64,000 bases of DNA. Source: Candidatus Krumholzibacteriota bacterium. Lineage in GTDB: Bacteria > Krumholzibacteriota > Krumholzibacteriia > JAJRXK01. Below the pieces are notes generated by a model. The model saw only the letters and a list, made by a program, of their open reading frames with translations. It ran no database searches and had not been told where the DNA came from. The DNA lies in contig CAVSGG010000011.1 of the NCBI GenBank assembly GCA_963727455.1, positions 1 to 64,000 of the forward strand, in the 5' to 3' direction. Below are positions 29,218 through 39,392 of this stretch, piece by piece. The stretch's first letter is position 1, and each line of letters begins with the position of its first letter. Position numbers and translations under genes: made by a program.

Positions 29218-30526
29218 GTCTCGCGCCTCGCGGTTTCCAGCGTGGTTGTTCTTCATGGGATTGATTGCCCTCTCGTTCGCGTTCTACTGGCGAATTCTCA
29301 ACAATCCCTTCTGGGACCCCGAAGATTTCAACTTCCTGCACACCGCCATCCTGAACGCGGGCAACCCCTCGCGACTCTTCGCGGCCAACGCAGCCGAGCG
29401 CTTCCACCCCGTACCGCTTCTGTTCTTCCAGCTGGAGTACCGCGTCTTCGGGCTGAATCCTCTCGGCTACTACGCCGTGAACTTAATCGTCCACGCTTTC
29501 AACGCGATTCTGGTCGATCTCTTGGTGATGGTCCTTTTGGGCGACCGGCGAATCGCGCGGCTGGCCAGCGTGTTCTTCGTGCTGGGGGTAGGCAGCTACG
29601 GCAAGGCAATCATGTTCGTGGCGGGGATCGAAAACCTCATCATCACCACGCTCTATCTGCTCATCCTCAATCTCTACATTCGCAACGACCTGAGCGAGAA
29701 GGGGCGCGTTTTCTCCCCTCGCTACGCGTTGGTCCTCTTGCTCTTTCTCTTGGCGAGCTACGCCAGGCCGACCGCGTTCAGCCTGGTGTTGGGCCTCTTG
29801 GCCTACAAGCTCTTCTTTCGTACTGCCCGCGGAAGCAATCGCAAACTGTTGGAGCCCAACCTGGTCATTCTCGTGGTGGGCGCGGTCCTGTTTTGGATCC
29901 TTCGCGAGCTTTCCGGGGCCACCGATTTCAGTCACGAGCTAGCTGGAGCTAAGCCCTGGACATTCACGGTGCGCTCTTTGGGAAACATGGTGAGTTACAT
30001 CATTCACATGTTCTTCCCTCTGCATGTAAGCCATTTGGTGACCATGGGGAATCCGGTGGTTCGTGGCCTCTACGAAGCGGCGCCGGTCATCCGCTGGTTC
30101 ATCGGACTCAGCATCCTCTCCTACGGTTTCTTCGGCTTCGTCTTCGGCAATCGCGCGCTCCGGTTCTTCATCACCTGGACCTTCATTTCCATCCTTCCCT
30201 TCTCCGCGCTGAGCTTTCCCGACGACTGGCTGAACATCCGTTACCTGTATCAGGTCTCCATCGGCTTCAACTTCATCCTCGCTTCGGGAACCATCTACAC
30301 TATGGACCTGCTGCATCGCCGCCGTTGGAGGAGGTTCATTCCCTGCGCGGCCCCGATGCTATTCGTCCTGCTCTCCTTCTACATCATGACCAAGCTGGAT
30401 CAAAAGTACGAGCGTGAGCGTCGAGATCCTCAGGTACGCGAGATGTTGCAGAAAGTTCGCGAACAGAGAGCAGCTGAGCTGATCAAGGCGCGGGCAACGG
30501 TACCTTCAACAACCTCAGACCATTGA
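29210..30526 (+). CDS. Polytopic membrane protein, GT-C glycosyltransferase-like
   Basis: PFWDPEDF loop after TM1, FHP, GLNPLGYYAVNLIVH, RYLY and many TM segments. Confidence 0.7.
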   Translation: MPESRASRFPAWLFFMGLIALSFAFYWRILNNPFWDPEDFNFLHTAILNAGNPSRLFAANAAERFHPVPLLFFQLEYRVFGLNPLGYYAVNLIVHAFNAILVDLLVMVLLGDRRIARLASVFFVLGVGSYGKAIMFVAGIENLIITTLYLLILNLYIRNDLSEKGRVFSPRYALVLLLFLLASYARPTAFSLVLGLLAYKLFFRTARGSNRKLLEPNLVILVVGAVLFWILRELSGATDFSHELAGAKPWTFTVRSLGNMVSYIIHMFFPLHVSHLVTMGNPVVRGLYEAAPVIRWFIGLSILSYGFFGFVFGNRALRFFITWTFISILPFSALSFPDDWLNIRYLYQVSIGFNFILASGTIYTMDLLHRRRWRRFIPCAAPMLFVLLSFYIMTKLDQKYERERRDPQVREMLQKVREQRAAELIKARATVPSTTSDH

Positions 30527-32117
30527 AGCGCCACATGGGTAACTTGATGTCCGAGAGAAGCAGCTCATCGGGCTCTTGCTCGCGGATGGTGAAGGGGTGC
30601 GGTTCGTCGAAGAGCATGAGCTGCACCGGTCCGAAGGCCTGTAACCTGGCCTCCTTCTCGCGCGGCAGCCAGGACACTTGCACCGCGCAGCGCGAGGAGG
30701 GATAGATGATTTTCAAGAGTGCCGCGGCGCGCGGATCGCAGTCCCTATCGCGGATGAGCCGAATCCAAGAGCGAAGCGAGAAGTCGCTGAGGCAAGAAGC
30801 GGAGCGCACGCGACCGTAACGCAGATAGGGATAGTCCACCCGGAAGGGAATTCCCGCCACGAGCTGAGTTCCCTGAAAGAACTCCTCGGGCAGATCCTCC
30901 ATCACTCCACGCCATACTTTCATCTGCCGCGAAACCTCGTGCCACTCGTAGTAGGGAACGAAGAGCGGAGAAATGAGCCAGGCCGGCCACATGCTCACGA
31001 AGGCGAGCAGGACCAGGGGTATTCGGACGAGCCAACGCCTGCCCCACGGTGGGCGGGCCAAGAAGGCACAGAGGATTGCGGCGATGCCCGAAAGGGGAGC
31101 GTAGAGGTACCAGGCCGACAGACCGTCGGCCAGAGCCGCCGGCAGAAGGAGCAGCGCGGTCCAGCAAAGTCCGAAGCGCAAGAGAACTCGCGTAGGGTTC
31201 TCCTGTGGTGCCGGACTCTCTTCTTCAACCGAGTCGGCGGACTCCGTTTCTCTGAGACGAGGCGCCCAGAGCACCGCCAACACGCTGAGCAAGAGCAGCA
31301 AACTCAGACCGATTCTGACGCCCCACAGTCCACCCAGACGCACTGGATCGACCAGGTCGCCCAGTCCCGAGCGGAGCGAGGCCAACTCGAAGCTCAAATG
31401 GCCGTAACCCCCGAGTCCCCTAAGGACCAAGCTTCGCGCAAGCAGGGCGGGAAGGACCAGAATGCCTCCAACCAGAAAAGCAGGTTTTCTCTGGTCGGGC
31501 GATGCCACGCTCAATAGCAGAAGCGGTAGCACCATTCCGGTCTCCTTGCTCAGAGGAGCCAAGAGTCCCGCGAGGATGAGAAGAGGCCGCGCGCCCCTTT
31601 GCCCCAGCTCCCACCTGCGCCAGGCCAGGCACGAAAGCAACAGAAGGAAGACGACCCAGAGATCCGCGCGACGGGCCACCGCCGGCACGACCTCCACCGC
31701 CAGAGGATGCACCGCGAACCAACTACTACCCAAGAGTGCGCCCCAGCCCGGGGCTCCCAGACTGAGAAGCAGCCAAAACAGAGTCACGGCTGCCGCCCCG
31801 TGCAAAAGAAGGTCGCTCAGGTGGTAGTAGCGCGGATTCAATCCGTGAAGCAGGTAGTCGAGTCCGTAGCTCAGTCCGGTCCAGGGCCGGTAGAAACCGA
31901 CTTCCGGCTGGATGTGGTCGCGGACTTCGTGGGTGAAGCAAGTCAGAGGACCCGCCGGAGCTTCAAAACGGTTCGCGTCGATGAGGGGACCGCTGTCCAA
32001 GCCGGTGAAGTCCAGAGGGAGAATCCAGTAGAAGGCACCGATGGCCAGGGCGAAGACCAGCAACGCGCTCAGTCGCGCGCCCCGCCAGGAGTCGGAAGAA
32101 GGGCTGTTTCGATTCAT
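30483..32117 (-). CDS. Polytopic membrane protein, GT-C (TMTC/PMT-like)
   Basis: FYRP, GLNPRYYHLSDLLLH, FAVHP, EVV, RAD, SKE and YLYAP motifs. Confidence 0.72.
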   Translation of the reverse strand: MNRNSPSSDSWRGARLSALLVFALAIGAFYWILPLDFTGLDSGPLIDANRFEAPAGPLTCFTHEVRDHIQPEVGFYRPWTGLSYGLDYLLHGLNPRYYHLSDLLLHGAAAVTLFWLLLSLGAPGWGALLGSSWFAVHPLAVEVVPAVARRADLWVVFLLLLSCLAWRRWELGQRGARPLLILAGLLAPLSKETGMVLPLLLLSVASPDQRKPAFLVGGILVLPALLARSLVLRGLGGYGHLSFELASLRSGLGDLVDPVRLGGLWGVRIGLSLLLLLSVLAVLWAPRLRETESADSVEEESPAPQENPTRVLLRFGLCWTALLLLPAALADGLSAWYLYAPLSGIAAILCAFLARPPWGRRWLVRIPLVLLAFVSMWPAWLISPLFVPYYEWHEVSRQMKVWRGVMEDLPEEFFQGTQLVAGIPFRVDYPYLRYGRVRSASCLSDFSLRSWIRLIRDRDCDPRAAALLKIIYPSSRCAVQVSWLPREKEARLQAFGPVQLMLFDEPHPFTIREQEPDELLLSDIKLPMWRFNGLRLLKVPLPAP

Positions 32118-32203
32118 GGGGTCATGGTGGGACAAGCGGTCCGTTTGGTCACGCTCGAATCCACAAGGCCAGTCCGGCATAGCCCTGCCCGTCTTCTGCG
32201 GCT

Positions 32204-34987
32204 ATGTTCCTTGCCATGAGTACTGCCATCGCGCCGAAGATCAGCAAGATCGTCCTCGCCAACGGTCTGCACATTTTCGTGCTTCCCCAAGAGTTCACCT
32301 CCACCTTCGCCGCTTACTACCACTTCGACGTGGGAAGTGCGCACGATCCCGCGGGGCGTTCGGGCATCGCTCACCTGCTGGAACACATGATGTTCAAGGG
32401 CACCAAGCGTATCGGTACGACTCGGGCCAATGAATATAGCGAATTGGTGACCCGAGCTGGAGGGCATGGCATGAACGCCACCACCAGCTACGACATGACC
32501 CGCTACTACGTTCAACTTCCCTCGCACCAACTCGAGATGTGGTTTTCCCTGGAAGCGCAGAGACTTCGAGAGCCGGTGTTTCGTGATTTCGAATCCGAGC
32601 GCGAGGTGGTGTTGGAGGAACGGCGACTGAGAGTCGAGAATCAGGCCGAGGGAGTGGCCTTCGAGAGGCACCGGAAACTGCTCTATCCGAAACACCCCTA
32701 CGGAGTGCCCGTGATCGGCTGGCCGGAGGATATCCGTGCCCTGATGCGTAGCGATGCGGAGGAGTACTTCCACACCTGGTACTCGCCTTCCAACTGCTCC
32801 ATGGTCCTGGTTGGGGATCTCGACCCGCAACACGTAGAGGCTCTGGCCGAGAAGTATTTTGGCGCGTGGGAAACCCAGGATCTCCCCGAGCGTCTGCCGC
32901 GGCCGGTAAAGGGCATCGATTCCCTCCGGCGCGACAGAGTGGAGTTCGATGCCCTTGGCCATCTTCGCATGGCCTGGATCACGGTTCCAGAAAGGCACCC
33001 CGATCACGACAAGCTCTCGCTCCTTTCTGCCGTCCTGGGTGAACTAAGCTCCTCGCGTCTCACTCGTCGCCTGGTGCACGAGAGCGAGCTCGCGGCGGCG
33101 GTAATCTCCTTCGCCTACGGGCAACACGAGAGCGGAAGCTTCAACATCATCGCCCGGCCCACTTCGAAGAGCTCGTTGCGCGAGCTCGAGTCCGGAATCC
33201 TCGAGGTGGTTCACGAGCTGAGCGAGAACGGGGTCGAGCAGGAAGAACTTGATCGGGCGCGCATCTTCCTCGAGGCCAATCGCACTCAGAGACTCTACTC
33301 CAAGCTCTCGCTGGCAATGGACATCGGAGCGGAAGTCGCGCTCTCGCAAGACCCCACACGCCTGGATACCTATGAAGAGCGCCTCGCCACCATCACTTGC
33401 CGGCAGGTAAACGAGCTCACGCAGCGATGGCTCGTCCCTGAGCAGCGTTGTGTGGTCGAACTCGAGCGCGCCGCGGGAACGGGCGGCGGCAATGGGCAGG
33501 GTCTCGCGGCCGGCGCCGGCGAAAGCGGCGAGCACCGGCGCGAAGCCGAACCGAGCCGGAGGGGAGCCGCCCATTCGGAGGGCTTCGTGGAGATGCTCTC
33601 CCTCATCGACAGTGCACCCAAGGTGCAGTTCCACGTACCCGCGGTGGGAAAAGACGTCCGCCGCGAGGAAATTGGCGCGGGGGCCACGCTCTTCCTCAAG
33701 GAAGATCACGACCTCCCCGGAATCCGATTCAACCTCCACTTCAAAGGAGGTAGCAATTCAGCTCCGCTGGAGATTCTCAGCGCCTACGCCCTGGCGGGGG
33801 CCCTGTGGCAGGAAGGGGGAACGGGCGAGCTGGACCCGAATTCCCTGGAGCGCGCCAAGGAGAGCTTGGGCGTCACCATGAGCATGCAACCCGGACCCAC
33901 CGGCTGGCAGCTCTCGCTGTGGACTCTTTCGCGCAACCTGGATCCCGCCTTGAAACTGCTGCGTGCAATGCTGCGCGAGCCGAGGCTCGATTCCACTCGG
34001 CTGGGCATTCTGGCCAACAAGCAGATCGAGCTCATGCGGCGGCGAGCCGACTACCCCGCCTGGGCCATCGGCTTTTTGGGACAGAAAGTCCTGTACGGCG
34101 ATCATCCCCGGCTGGGTTATCAGCCGACACGGGCCGAAATCGAAAATCTGAGCTCCAGCGACATTGCCCGGGTCCTCTCCCGTCATCTGGGTCCGGAAAA
34201 CTGCTATCTCAACGCCGTAGGCGACTTTCATTCCGATGCGCTCATCCGGGAGCTCGAGGAACACTTCCGTGGCTGGCCGGCAGCTTCGGACCCCGAGAGA
34301 GTGTGGCTGGAACGCGAGCCCTCGCTGAATCCCGGCGTTCACATCCTGGCCAAGGAACTGGCTCAGCCCGCGGTGCGCTTCCTCGGGGAAGTCGGAGTCG
34401 ACCGAAGGATCGCTGACGAGGAACACGCCGCGCTGGAGATTCTGAACCGGATCCTAGGTGGCAGTGGCTTCCGCTCGCGTCTCATGGAGAGACTCCGCAG
34501 CGACGAAGGACTGACCTACGGCGTCTCCTCGTCCATGGCCCACGATCATCGTCCTGGCGTGCCCGGTCTGTGGGCCATCTCCTTCCAGACCCGGAAGGAC
34601 GCGGTGGCGCGCGCGGTGACAATCGTGGAAGAGGAGTGCCGCCGCCTGCGTGAAGTCCTACCCGCGCCCGACGAGGTCCACGAGCAGATCCAGGCCTGGC
34701 ACAACAGCTTCCTCTTTCGCTTCGAAAACTCGGCACAGGCCGTCACGAGGCTCATGAATCACGAGTTGGACGACCGCCCCTACGAGCGGGACCTGGAGGT
34801 CCTCGCCCAGATCGAACGCGTGTCGCGCGAACAGGTTCGCGAGGCGGCGCGGCGCTGGCTTCATCCCGAGAATTTCTCCATCACCATCTTCGGTACCCCC
34901 AGCAAGGAAGAGCGGAAAGCTCTCCAAGCTAGCCATCCCCTCAGGGACTGGGAGCGCGGTGAGGTGTTGGGGGGCGGTTACGATTGA
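32204..34987 (+). CDS. M16 family (pitrilysin-like) zinc peptidase, fused two-module form
   Basis: GIAHLLEHMMFKGT inverted zinc motif, NATT, EERRLR and HPY. The second half carries SRLMERLRSDEGLTY. Confidence 0.9.
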   Translation: MFLAMSTAIAPKISKIVLANGLHIFVLPQEFTSTFAAYYHFDVGSAHDPAGRSGIAHLLEHMMFKGTKRIGTTRANEYSELVTRAGGHGMNATTSYDMTRYYVQLPSHQLEMWFSLEAQRLREPVFRDFESEREVVLEERRLRVENQAEGVAFERHRKLLYPKHPYGVPVIGWPEDIRALMRSDAEEYFHTWYSPSNCSMVLVGDLDPQHVEALAEKYFGAWETQDLPERLPRPVKGIDSLRRDRVEFDALGHLRMAWITVPERHPDHDKLSLLSAVLGELSSSRLTRRLVHESELAAAVISFAYGQHESGSFNIIARPTSKSSLRELESGILEVVHELSENGVEQEELDRARIFLEANRTQRLYSKLSLAMDIGAEVALSQDPTRLDTYEERLATITCRQVNELTQRWLVPEQRCVVELERAAGTGGGNGQGLAAGAGESGEHRREAEPSRRGAAHSEGFVEMLSLIDSAPKVQFHVPAVGKDVRREEIGAGATLFLKEDHDLPGIRFNLHFKGGSNSAPLEILSAYALAGALWQEGGTGELDPNSLERAKESLGVTMSMQPGPTGWQLSLWTLSRNLDPALKLLRAMLREPRLDSTRLGILANKQIELMRRRADYPAWAIGFLGQKVLYGDHPRLGYQPTRAEIENLSSSDIARVLSRHLGPENCYLNAVGDFHSDALIRELEEHFRGWPAASDPERVWLEREPSLNPGVHILAKELAQPAVRFLGEVGVDRRIADEEHAALEILNRILGGSGFRSRLMERLRSDEGLTYGVSSSMAHDHRPGVPGLWAISFQTRKDAVARAVTIVEEECRRLREVLPAPDEVHEQIQAWHNSFLFRFENSAQAVTRLMNHELDDRPYERDLEVLAQIERVSREQVREAARRWLHPENFSITIFGTPSKEERKALQASHPLRDWERGEVLGGGYD

Positions 34988-35080
34988 GGGCGCGCCGAAG
35001 GGGTTCGCGCGGCTTGGGACGGGATCTCAAAAGATGGGTTGCTGGCGAGCGTTTTCCAAGGCAATTCTGGCCTCCCCTTC

Positions 35081-35236
35081 CGACCGAATGTCAGTCCGAG
35101 ATTCCCCCCGCTTGACAGAATGTCCGACTGGGGCCGCTCGGTTTTGATTTTGGATTCAGACCCAGTGCTCTAACTGAATTCATTACAACGAGTTAAAATC
35201 TATAGAGCGAGACGGTAATCTCGGCGCGGGAATTGA
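35081..35236 (+). promoter_or_regulatory. Putative sigma-54 promoter region: enhancer-like boxes, IHF-like site and -24/-12 element
   Basis: CGACCGAATGTCAG (35081-94), TGACAGAATGTCC (35113-25), AT-rich TTACAACGAGTTA (35183-95) and CGGCGC-GGGAA-TTGA (35222-36). Confidence 0.5.
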
Positions 35237-35281
35237 TGATGGATCCAGCTGGAACCGCGGGATTCTCCCCCACCGCAAGGC

Positions 35282-36190
35282 TTGTCCCCACGGAACCGCG
35301 GTTACTCAGCGAGAGGAAGTACTGTGAGAAGCGCTGCTGCCACCGTCGAGAATCGGACGAATCTGGACATCTACTTCAGCGAGGTCCATCACTACACCCC
35401 CCTGAGCCGCGACGAAGAAGTCGAGTTGGGTCGCGCCATTCGAGAGGGCGATGAAGATGCGCTGCAGAAGCTGGTCAACGCGAACCTGAGGTTCGTGGTG
35501 TCCATCGCCAAGCAGTTCGCCCGCTACGGCGTTCCCCTGGAAGATCTCATCAACGAGGGAAACTTGGGTCTGATCGAGGCCGCCAAGCGTTTCGACGAGC
35601 GCAGGGGATACAAGTTCATCTCCTACGCGGTGTGGTGGATTCGTCAGTCGATCATGATCGCGCTCGCGCAACAGTCCAAGGCGGTGCGGATGCCGCTGAA
35701 CCGCGCGCGCGCGCTACATCGTCTACGCAAAGCGAACACTCGTTTGGAGCAGAAGCTCGAGCGGGTGCCTGGAGCGGATGACCTGGCGAAGGAATTGGGC
35801 ATCACCGAGGAGGAAGTGCGAGACACTCTCCCCTTGATGCACGAAGCCGTCTTCCTCGATGACACGGTCAGCGAAGGCAGCACGACGACCTACATCGATC
35901 TTTTGGCCGGCGAGGACGAACCGTCACCGGACCTTCCGATTCTCGAGGACGAACTGCGCCGCGGCGTTTCTGAAGCCCTGAAGCACCTCCGCAGCCGCGA
36001 AGCCGAGGTCCTGAGGCTCTACTTTGGCCTCGAGGGCTCCAACCAGATGACCCTCGAAGAGATCGGCAAGAGGATGAGTCTCACCCGTGAGCGCATCCGC
36101 CAGATCAAAGAAGAGGCTCTGGAGAAGATGCGCTCGCGTCGCAGCTTCAAGTTTCTCACGGACTATCGGGAGATGGCAACGCTGCACTGA
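35282..36190 (+). CDS. RNA polymerase sigma-70 factor, RpoD/SigA family, no region 1.1 (start may be GTG 35324)
   Basis: NLRFVVSIAK, DLINEGNLGL, KFISYAVWWIRQSI and TLEEIG..LTRERIRQI. Confidence 0.92.
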   Translation: MSPRNRGYSARGSTVRSAAATVENRTNLDIYFSEVHHYTPLSRDEEVELGRAIREGDEDALQKLVNANLRFVVSIAKQFARYGVPLEDLINEGNLGLIEAAKRFDERRGYKFISYAVWWIRQSIMIALAQQSKAVRMPLNRARALHRLRKANTRLEQKLERVPGADDLAKELGITEEEVRDTLPLMHEAVFLDDTVSEGSTTTYIDLLAGEDEPSPDLPILEDELRRGVSEALKHLRSREAEVLRLYFGLEGSNQMTLEEIGKRMSLTRERIRQIKEEALEKMRSRRSFKFLTDYREMATLH

Positions 36191-36335
36191 GTCGCTCGGA
36201 TGCCATGGGCCCTCTGGGGCTCACCGAATCCCGGTAGGCGGGCTATCTTTCTTGGATAGCCCGCCTTGCATTTGAGCCAACGAGAAAACATCGTTCAGAG
36301 CGGATGGGGCAACGACCTTCTCGCTTGGAGCTGTC

Positions 36336-38246
36336 ATGAACAAGGCCCAAGAACTCTACCGAAGCAAATTGACCACGGCTGACGAAGCACTGAGCCAAGT
36401 GAAGTCCGGCTCGCGCGTCCTCGTTGGTTCCGGTTGCGCCGAGCCGCAGACTTTGGTCGCCGCTCTGTGCCGCCAGGCCAGTCGCCTCCACGACGTGGAA
36501 GTCGTCCACTTGCTCACTCTAGGATCGGCCGACTACGTCAACCCCGACTACGCTGGTCACTTCCGACACAATGCGTATTTCATCGGCGGAAACGTGCGTA
36601 AGGCAGTGTGGGAGGGACGCGCCGACTATACTCCGATTTTCTTGCACGAGATTCCCGAGTTGATGCGCAGCGGTCAGCGCCCCACCGACGTGGCGCTTCT
36701 GCAGGTAACCCCGCCCGATCGACACGGATACTGCAGTCTGGGGATTCACGTCGACATCCAAATGGCAGCCGTCGAAACGGCCAAGATCCTCATCGCCGAA
36801 GTGAACCCCAACATGCCTCGTACTCTCGGCGACAGCATCATTCACATTTCGCGCTTCGATTCCCTGGTCGAGGTCGACACGCCGCTTCTGGAACTGCCAT
36901 TGCAGGAACCCAATGAGGTATCGATCCGAATCGGGGGGAACATCGCCGACCTCATCGATCACGGCAGCACTTTGCAACTCGGCATCGGCAACATTCCCAA
37001 TGCCGTCCTCAAGTTCATGACCGAGAAGCGGCACCTGGGTATTCACACCGAAATGATCAGCGATGCCTGCATCTCACTCATCCAAAACGGGAACATCGAC
37101 AATACGCGAAAGACCATTCACCGCGGAAAGACGGTGGTGAGTTTCGTCATGGGTTCGCGCAAACTCTATGATCTTGTCGATGACAACCCGAGCATCGAGT
37201 TCTACCCGAGCGACTATGCGAACGACCCCAGAATCATCGCGCGCAACGACAAAATGGTCGCGATCAATTCCGCCGTACAGGTCGACCTCACCGGGCAGGT
37301 ATGTAGCGACTCGATCGGCTACAAGTTCTACAGCGGAATCGGCGGTCAGGTGGATTTCATTCGCGGAGCCGCCATGAGCAAAGGAGGCAAGCCGATCATC
37401 GCGCTCCCCTCCACTGCCAAAGAGGACACGGTCAGTCGCATTGCCCCATTCCTGGACGAGGGGGCCGGCGTGGTCACGAGTCGCGGCGACGTGCATTACG
37501 TGGTAACGGAATACGGTGTGGCCTACTTGCACGGAAAGACGATTCGCGAACGAGCTCTGGCGCTCATCAACATCGCTCATCCCAACTTCCGCGAGGACCT
37601 GCTCGATTTCGTCCGAAGCAAGCACTACGTGCAAGCCGACGAGGAAGTCTGGCGGCAGATCATGAATCCCTTCCCCGTCGACTGGGTGGAGAACCGAGAA
37701 TTCGGAAACTCCGTGTGCATGGTGCGTCCCATCCGCGCCGACGACGAGCGCAAGCTCCAAGAGTTCTTCTACAGCCACGAACCCGAGACGATCTATCAAC
37801 GTTACTTCCACGCGAAGAGCCAGCTCGGTCACCAGGAAGCTGCCATGGCGTGTTCGGTCGACTACAAGAACCGCATGGCCTTCGGGGTGTTCGAACGCGC
37901 CGATCGCGAGGCCGAGCGCATCGTGGGCATCGGCAGATACGAGCTCAACAACCGCACCAACATCGCCGACACCGCCTTCGTGGTGCACGAGGACTTCCGG
38001 GGACTGGGCATCGGAAGCCACCTCCTGGAGAAGATCATCGACTACGCCAAGTCGCAGGGGATCGCGGGGATCCGCAGCGAGTTCCTTCCCACCAACAAGG
38101 ACGCCAAGGAAATCCACGAGCGGGTGGGGCACTCGCTCGAATGGGACGAAGAAGACCAGGTATATCGTGTGTTTACGCGCTTCGAGCGGCCCAAGCGCCC
38201 CCGGCGCGGGCGCGGACCCACGCACGAAGTCGAGCCCCGCGCCTAG
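36336..38246 (+). CDS. Acetyl-CoA hydrolase/CoA-transferase fused to a C-terminal GNAT domain
   Basis: LQLGIG, GIHTEM, INSAVQVDLTGQ, SGIGGQVDF and VVTEYG, then a GNAT domain with FRGLGIG. Confidence 0.9.
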   Translation: MNKAQELYRSKLTTADEALSQVKSGSRVLVGSGCAEPQTLVAALCRQASRLHDVEVVHLLTLGSADYVNPDYAGHFRHNAYFIGGNVRKAVWEGRADYTPIFLHEIPELMRSGQRPTDVALLQVTPPDRHGYCSLGIHVDIQMAAVETAKILIAEVNPNMPRTLGDSIIHISRFDSLVEVDTPLLELPLQEPNEVSIRIGGNIADLIDHGSTLQLGIGNIPNAVLKFMTEKRHLGIHTEMISDACISLIQNGNIDNTRKTIHRGKTVVSFVMGSRKLYDLVDDNPSIEFYPSDYANDPRIIARNDKMVAINSAVQVDLTGQVCSDSIGYKFYSGIGGQVDFIRGAAMSKGGKPIIALPSTAKEDTVSRIAPFLDEGAGVVTSRGDVHYVVTEYGVAYLHGKTIRERALALINIAHPNFREDLLDFVRSKHYVQADEEVWRQIMNPFPVDWVENREFGNSVCMVRPIRADDERKLQEFFYSHEPETIYQRYFHAKSQLGHQEAAMACSVDYKNRMAFGVFERADREAERIVGIGRYELNNRTNIADTAFVVHEDFRGLGIGSHLLEKIIDYAKSQGIAGIRSEFLPTNKDAKEIHERVGHSLEWDEEDQVYRVFTRFERPKRPRRGRGPTHEVEPRA

Positions 38247-38331
38247 CGGGTGCTTGCCGGATCGCACGGGGCACGGCACACTGTCGTCTTCAGCCTGGGA
38301 GTGGAGACTTCAGCCGACGGATGCCCTCAGA

Positions 38332-39390
38332 ATGCCCGAGCGATTCACAACTCGCATCCTTGCGCCGGATGAGTATCCGGAATGGGAACAATTCGTCGCA
38401 GAATCTCCCGACGGCAGCATCTATTCCCTGCCCTCCTACCTCGATGTACTCTGTGCAGCCACCGATGCCCGCTACCGCGTCCTCGCCGTTTTTCGTGATG
38501 GCGTGATCGTGGGGGGTGTTGCTCTCTACGTGAGTTCGAGCTCAGCGGGAAATTATGTGGCTCCACGGTTCTTGCTCTACTACAACGGCCTGGTCCTGGC
38601 GCGCTCCAGCTCGAAGTATCCCTCGCAGCGCACTTCGCTGAGCCTTCACATCATGGAATCCCTGGAGTCTGCACTCCAAGAGGAAGGATTCGTTCATCTT
38701 CGTCTGCATTCGCGCGCAACACTCAGCGACGTGCGTCCCTTTCTCGCAAAGGGTTGGTCCGCGAGGCCCTCGTTCAGCTACCTCGTCGATCTGAGCGACA
38801 TCGATTCGGCCCGAAACCGGGTCGAGAGGAATTTCCGCCGCCTCATCAAACGATGCGAGAAGGATGGCATCGTGCTGAGCCAGGACGATGACTTCGAGTC
38901 GTTCTTCGCTCTGCACGAGGAAATTCACCACCGCAAGGGTGTACCGCTCTACCTCCCGAAGCCGCGCTACCGTGAATACTATCAAAAGCTGCACGAGCGC
39001 TCGCTGTGCAAACTCTTCCATGCCCGGCTTCCGCAGGGTCAGTCCATCGCCAGCCAACTCGTACTCCTCGGTCCGCATCCCATTAGCCACACCGTCTGCG
39101 CCGGCGCGTCGGAGGAGCACCTGAAAACCGGCGCTTCCGTCTTCCTTCGCTGGAAGGCCTGCGAGGCTCTTGCCGCGGAGGGTTATCAGGGCAATGACCT
39201 CACCGACGCTGAACTGAATCCAGTGACACGTTTCAAGAGCCAACTGGGAGCCGAGCTGAAGCTCTCCTTCATGCTTCATCGTGAGGACGCGATGAGCTGG
39301 CGTCTGCGCAACCTGGCTCGGAGCCCCTTCAACTTCTCCCGCCGCGCGCTGCGCGCAGTGCAACGCCGCCTCGCATCGAGGGGGTCCTGA
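38332..39390 (+). CDS. GNAT/FemAB-like acyltransferase
   Basis: WEQFV..SP.GSIY start and FKSQLG near the C-terminus, typical of FemAB/Acetyltransf_6 proteins. Confidence 0.7.
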   Translation: MPERFTTRILAPDEYPEWEQFVAESPDGSIYSLPSYLDVLCAATDARYRVLAVFRDGVIVGGVALYVSSSSAGNYVAPRFLLYYNGLVLARSSSKYPSQRTSLSLHIMESLESALQEEGFVHLRLHSRATLSDVRPFLAKGWSARPSFSYLVDLSDIDSARNRVERNFRRLIKRCEKDGIVLSQDDDFESFFALHEEIHHRKGVPLYLPKPRYREYYQKLHERSLCKLFHARLPQGQSIASQLVLLGPHPISHTVCAGASEEHLKTGASVFLRWKACEALAAEGYQGNDLTDAELNPVTRFKSQLGAELKLSFMLHREDAMSWRLRNLARSPFNFSRRALRAVQRRLASRGS

Positions 39391-39392
39391 AG

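Noticed and set aside
35112-35140. TTGACA as a sigma-70 -35 element
   Set aside because: No -10-like hexamer at 16-18 bp spacing. It is better explained as part of the recurring box, though not excluded.
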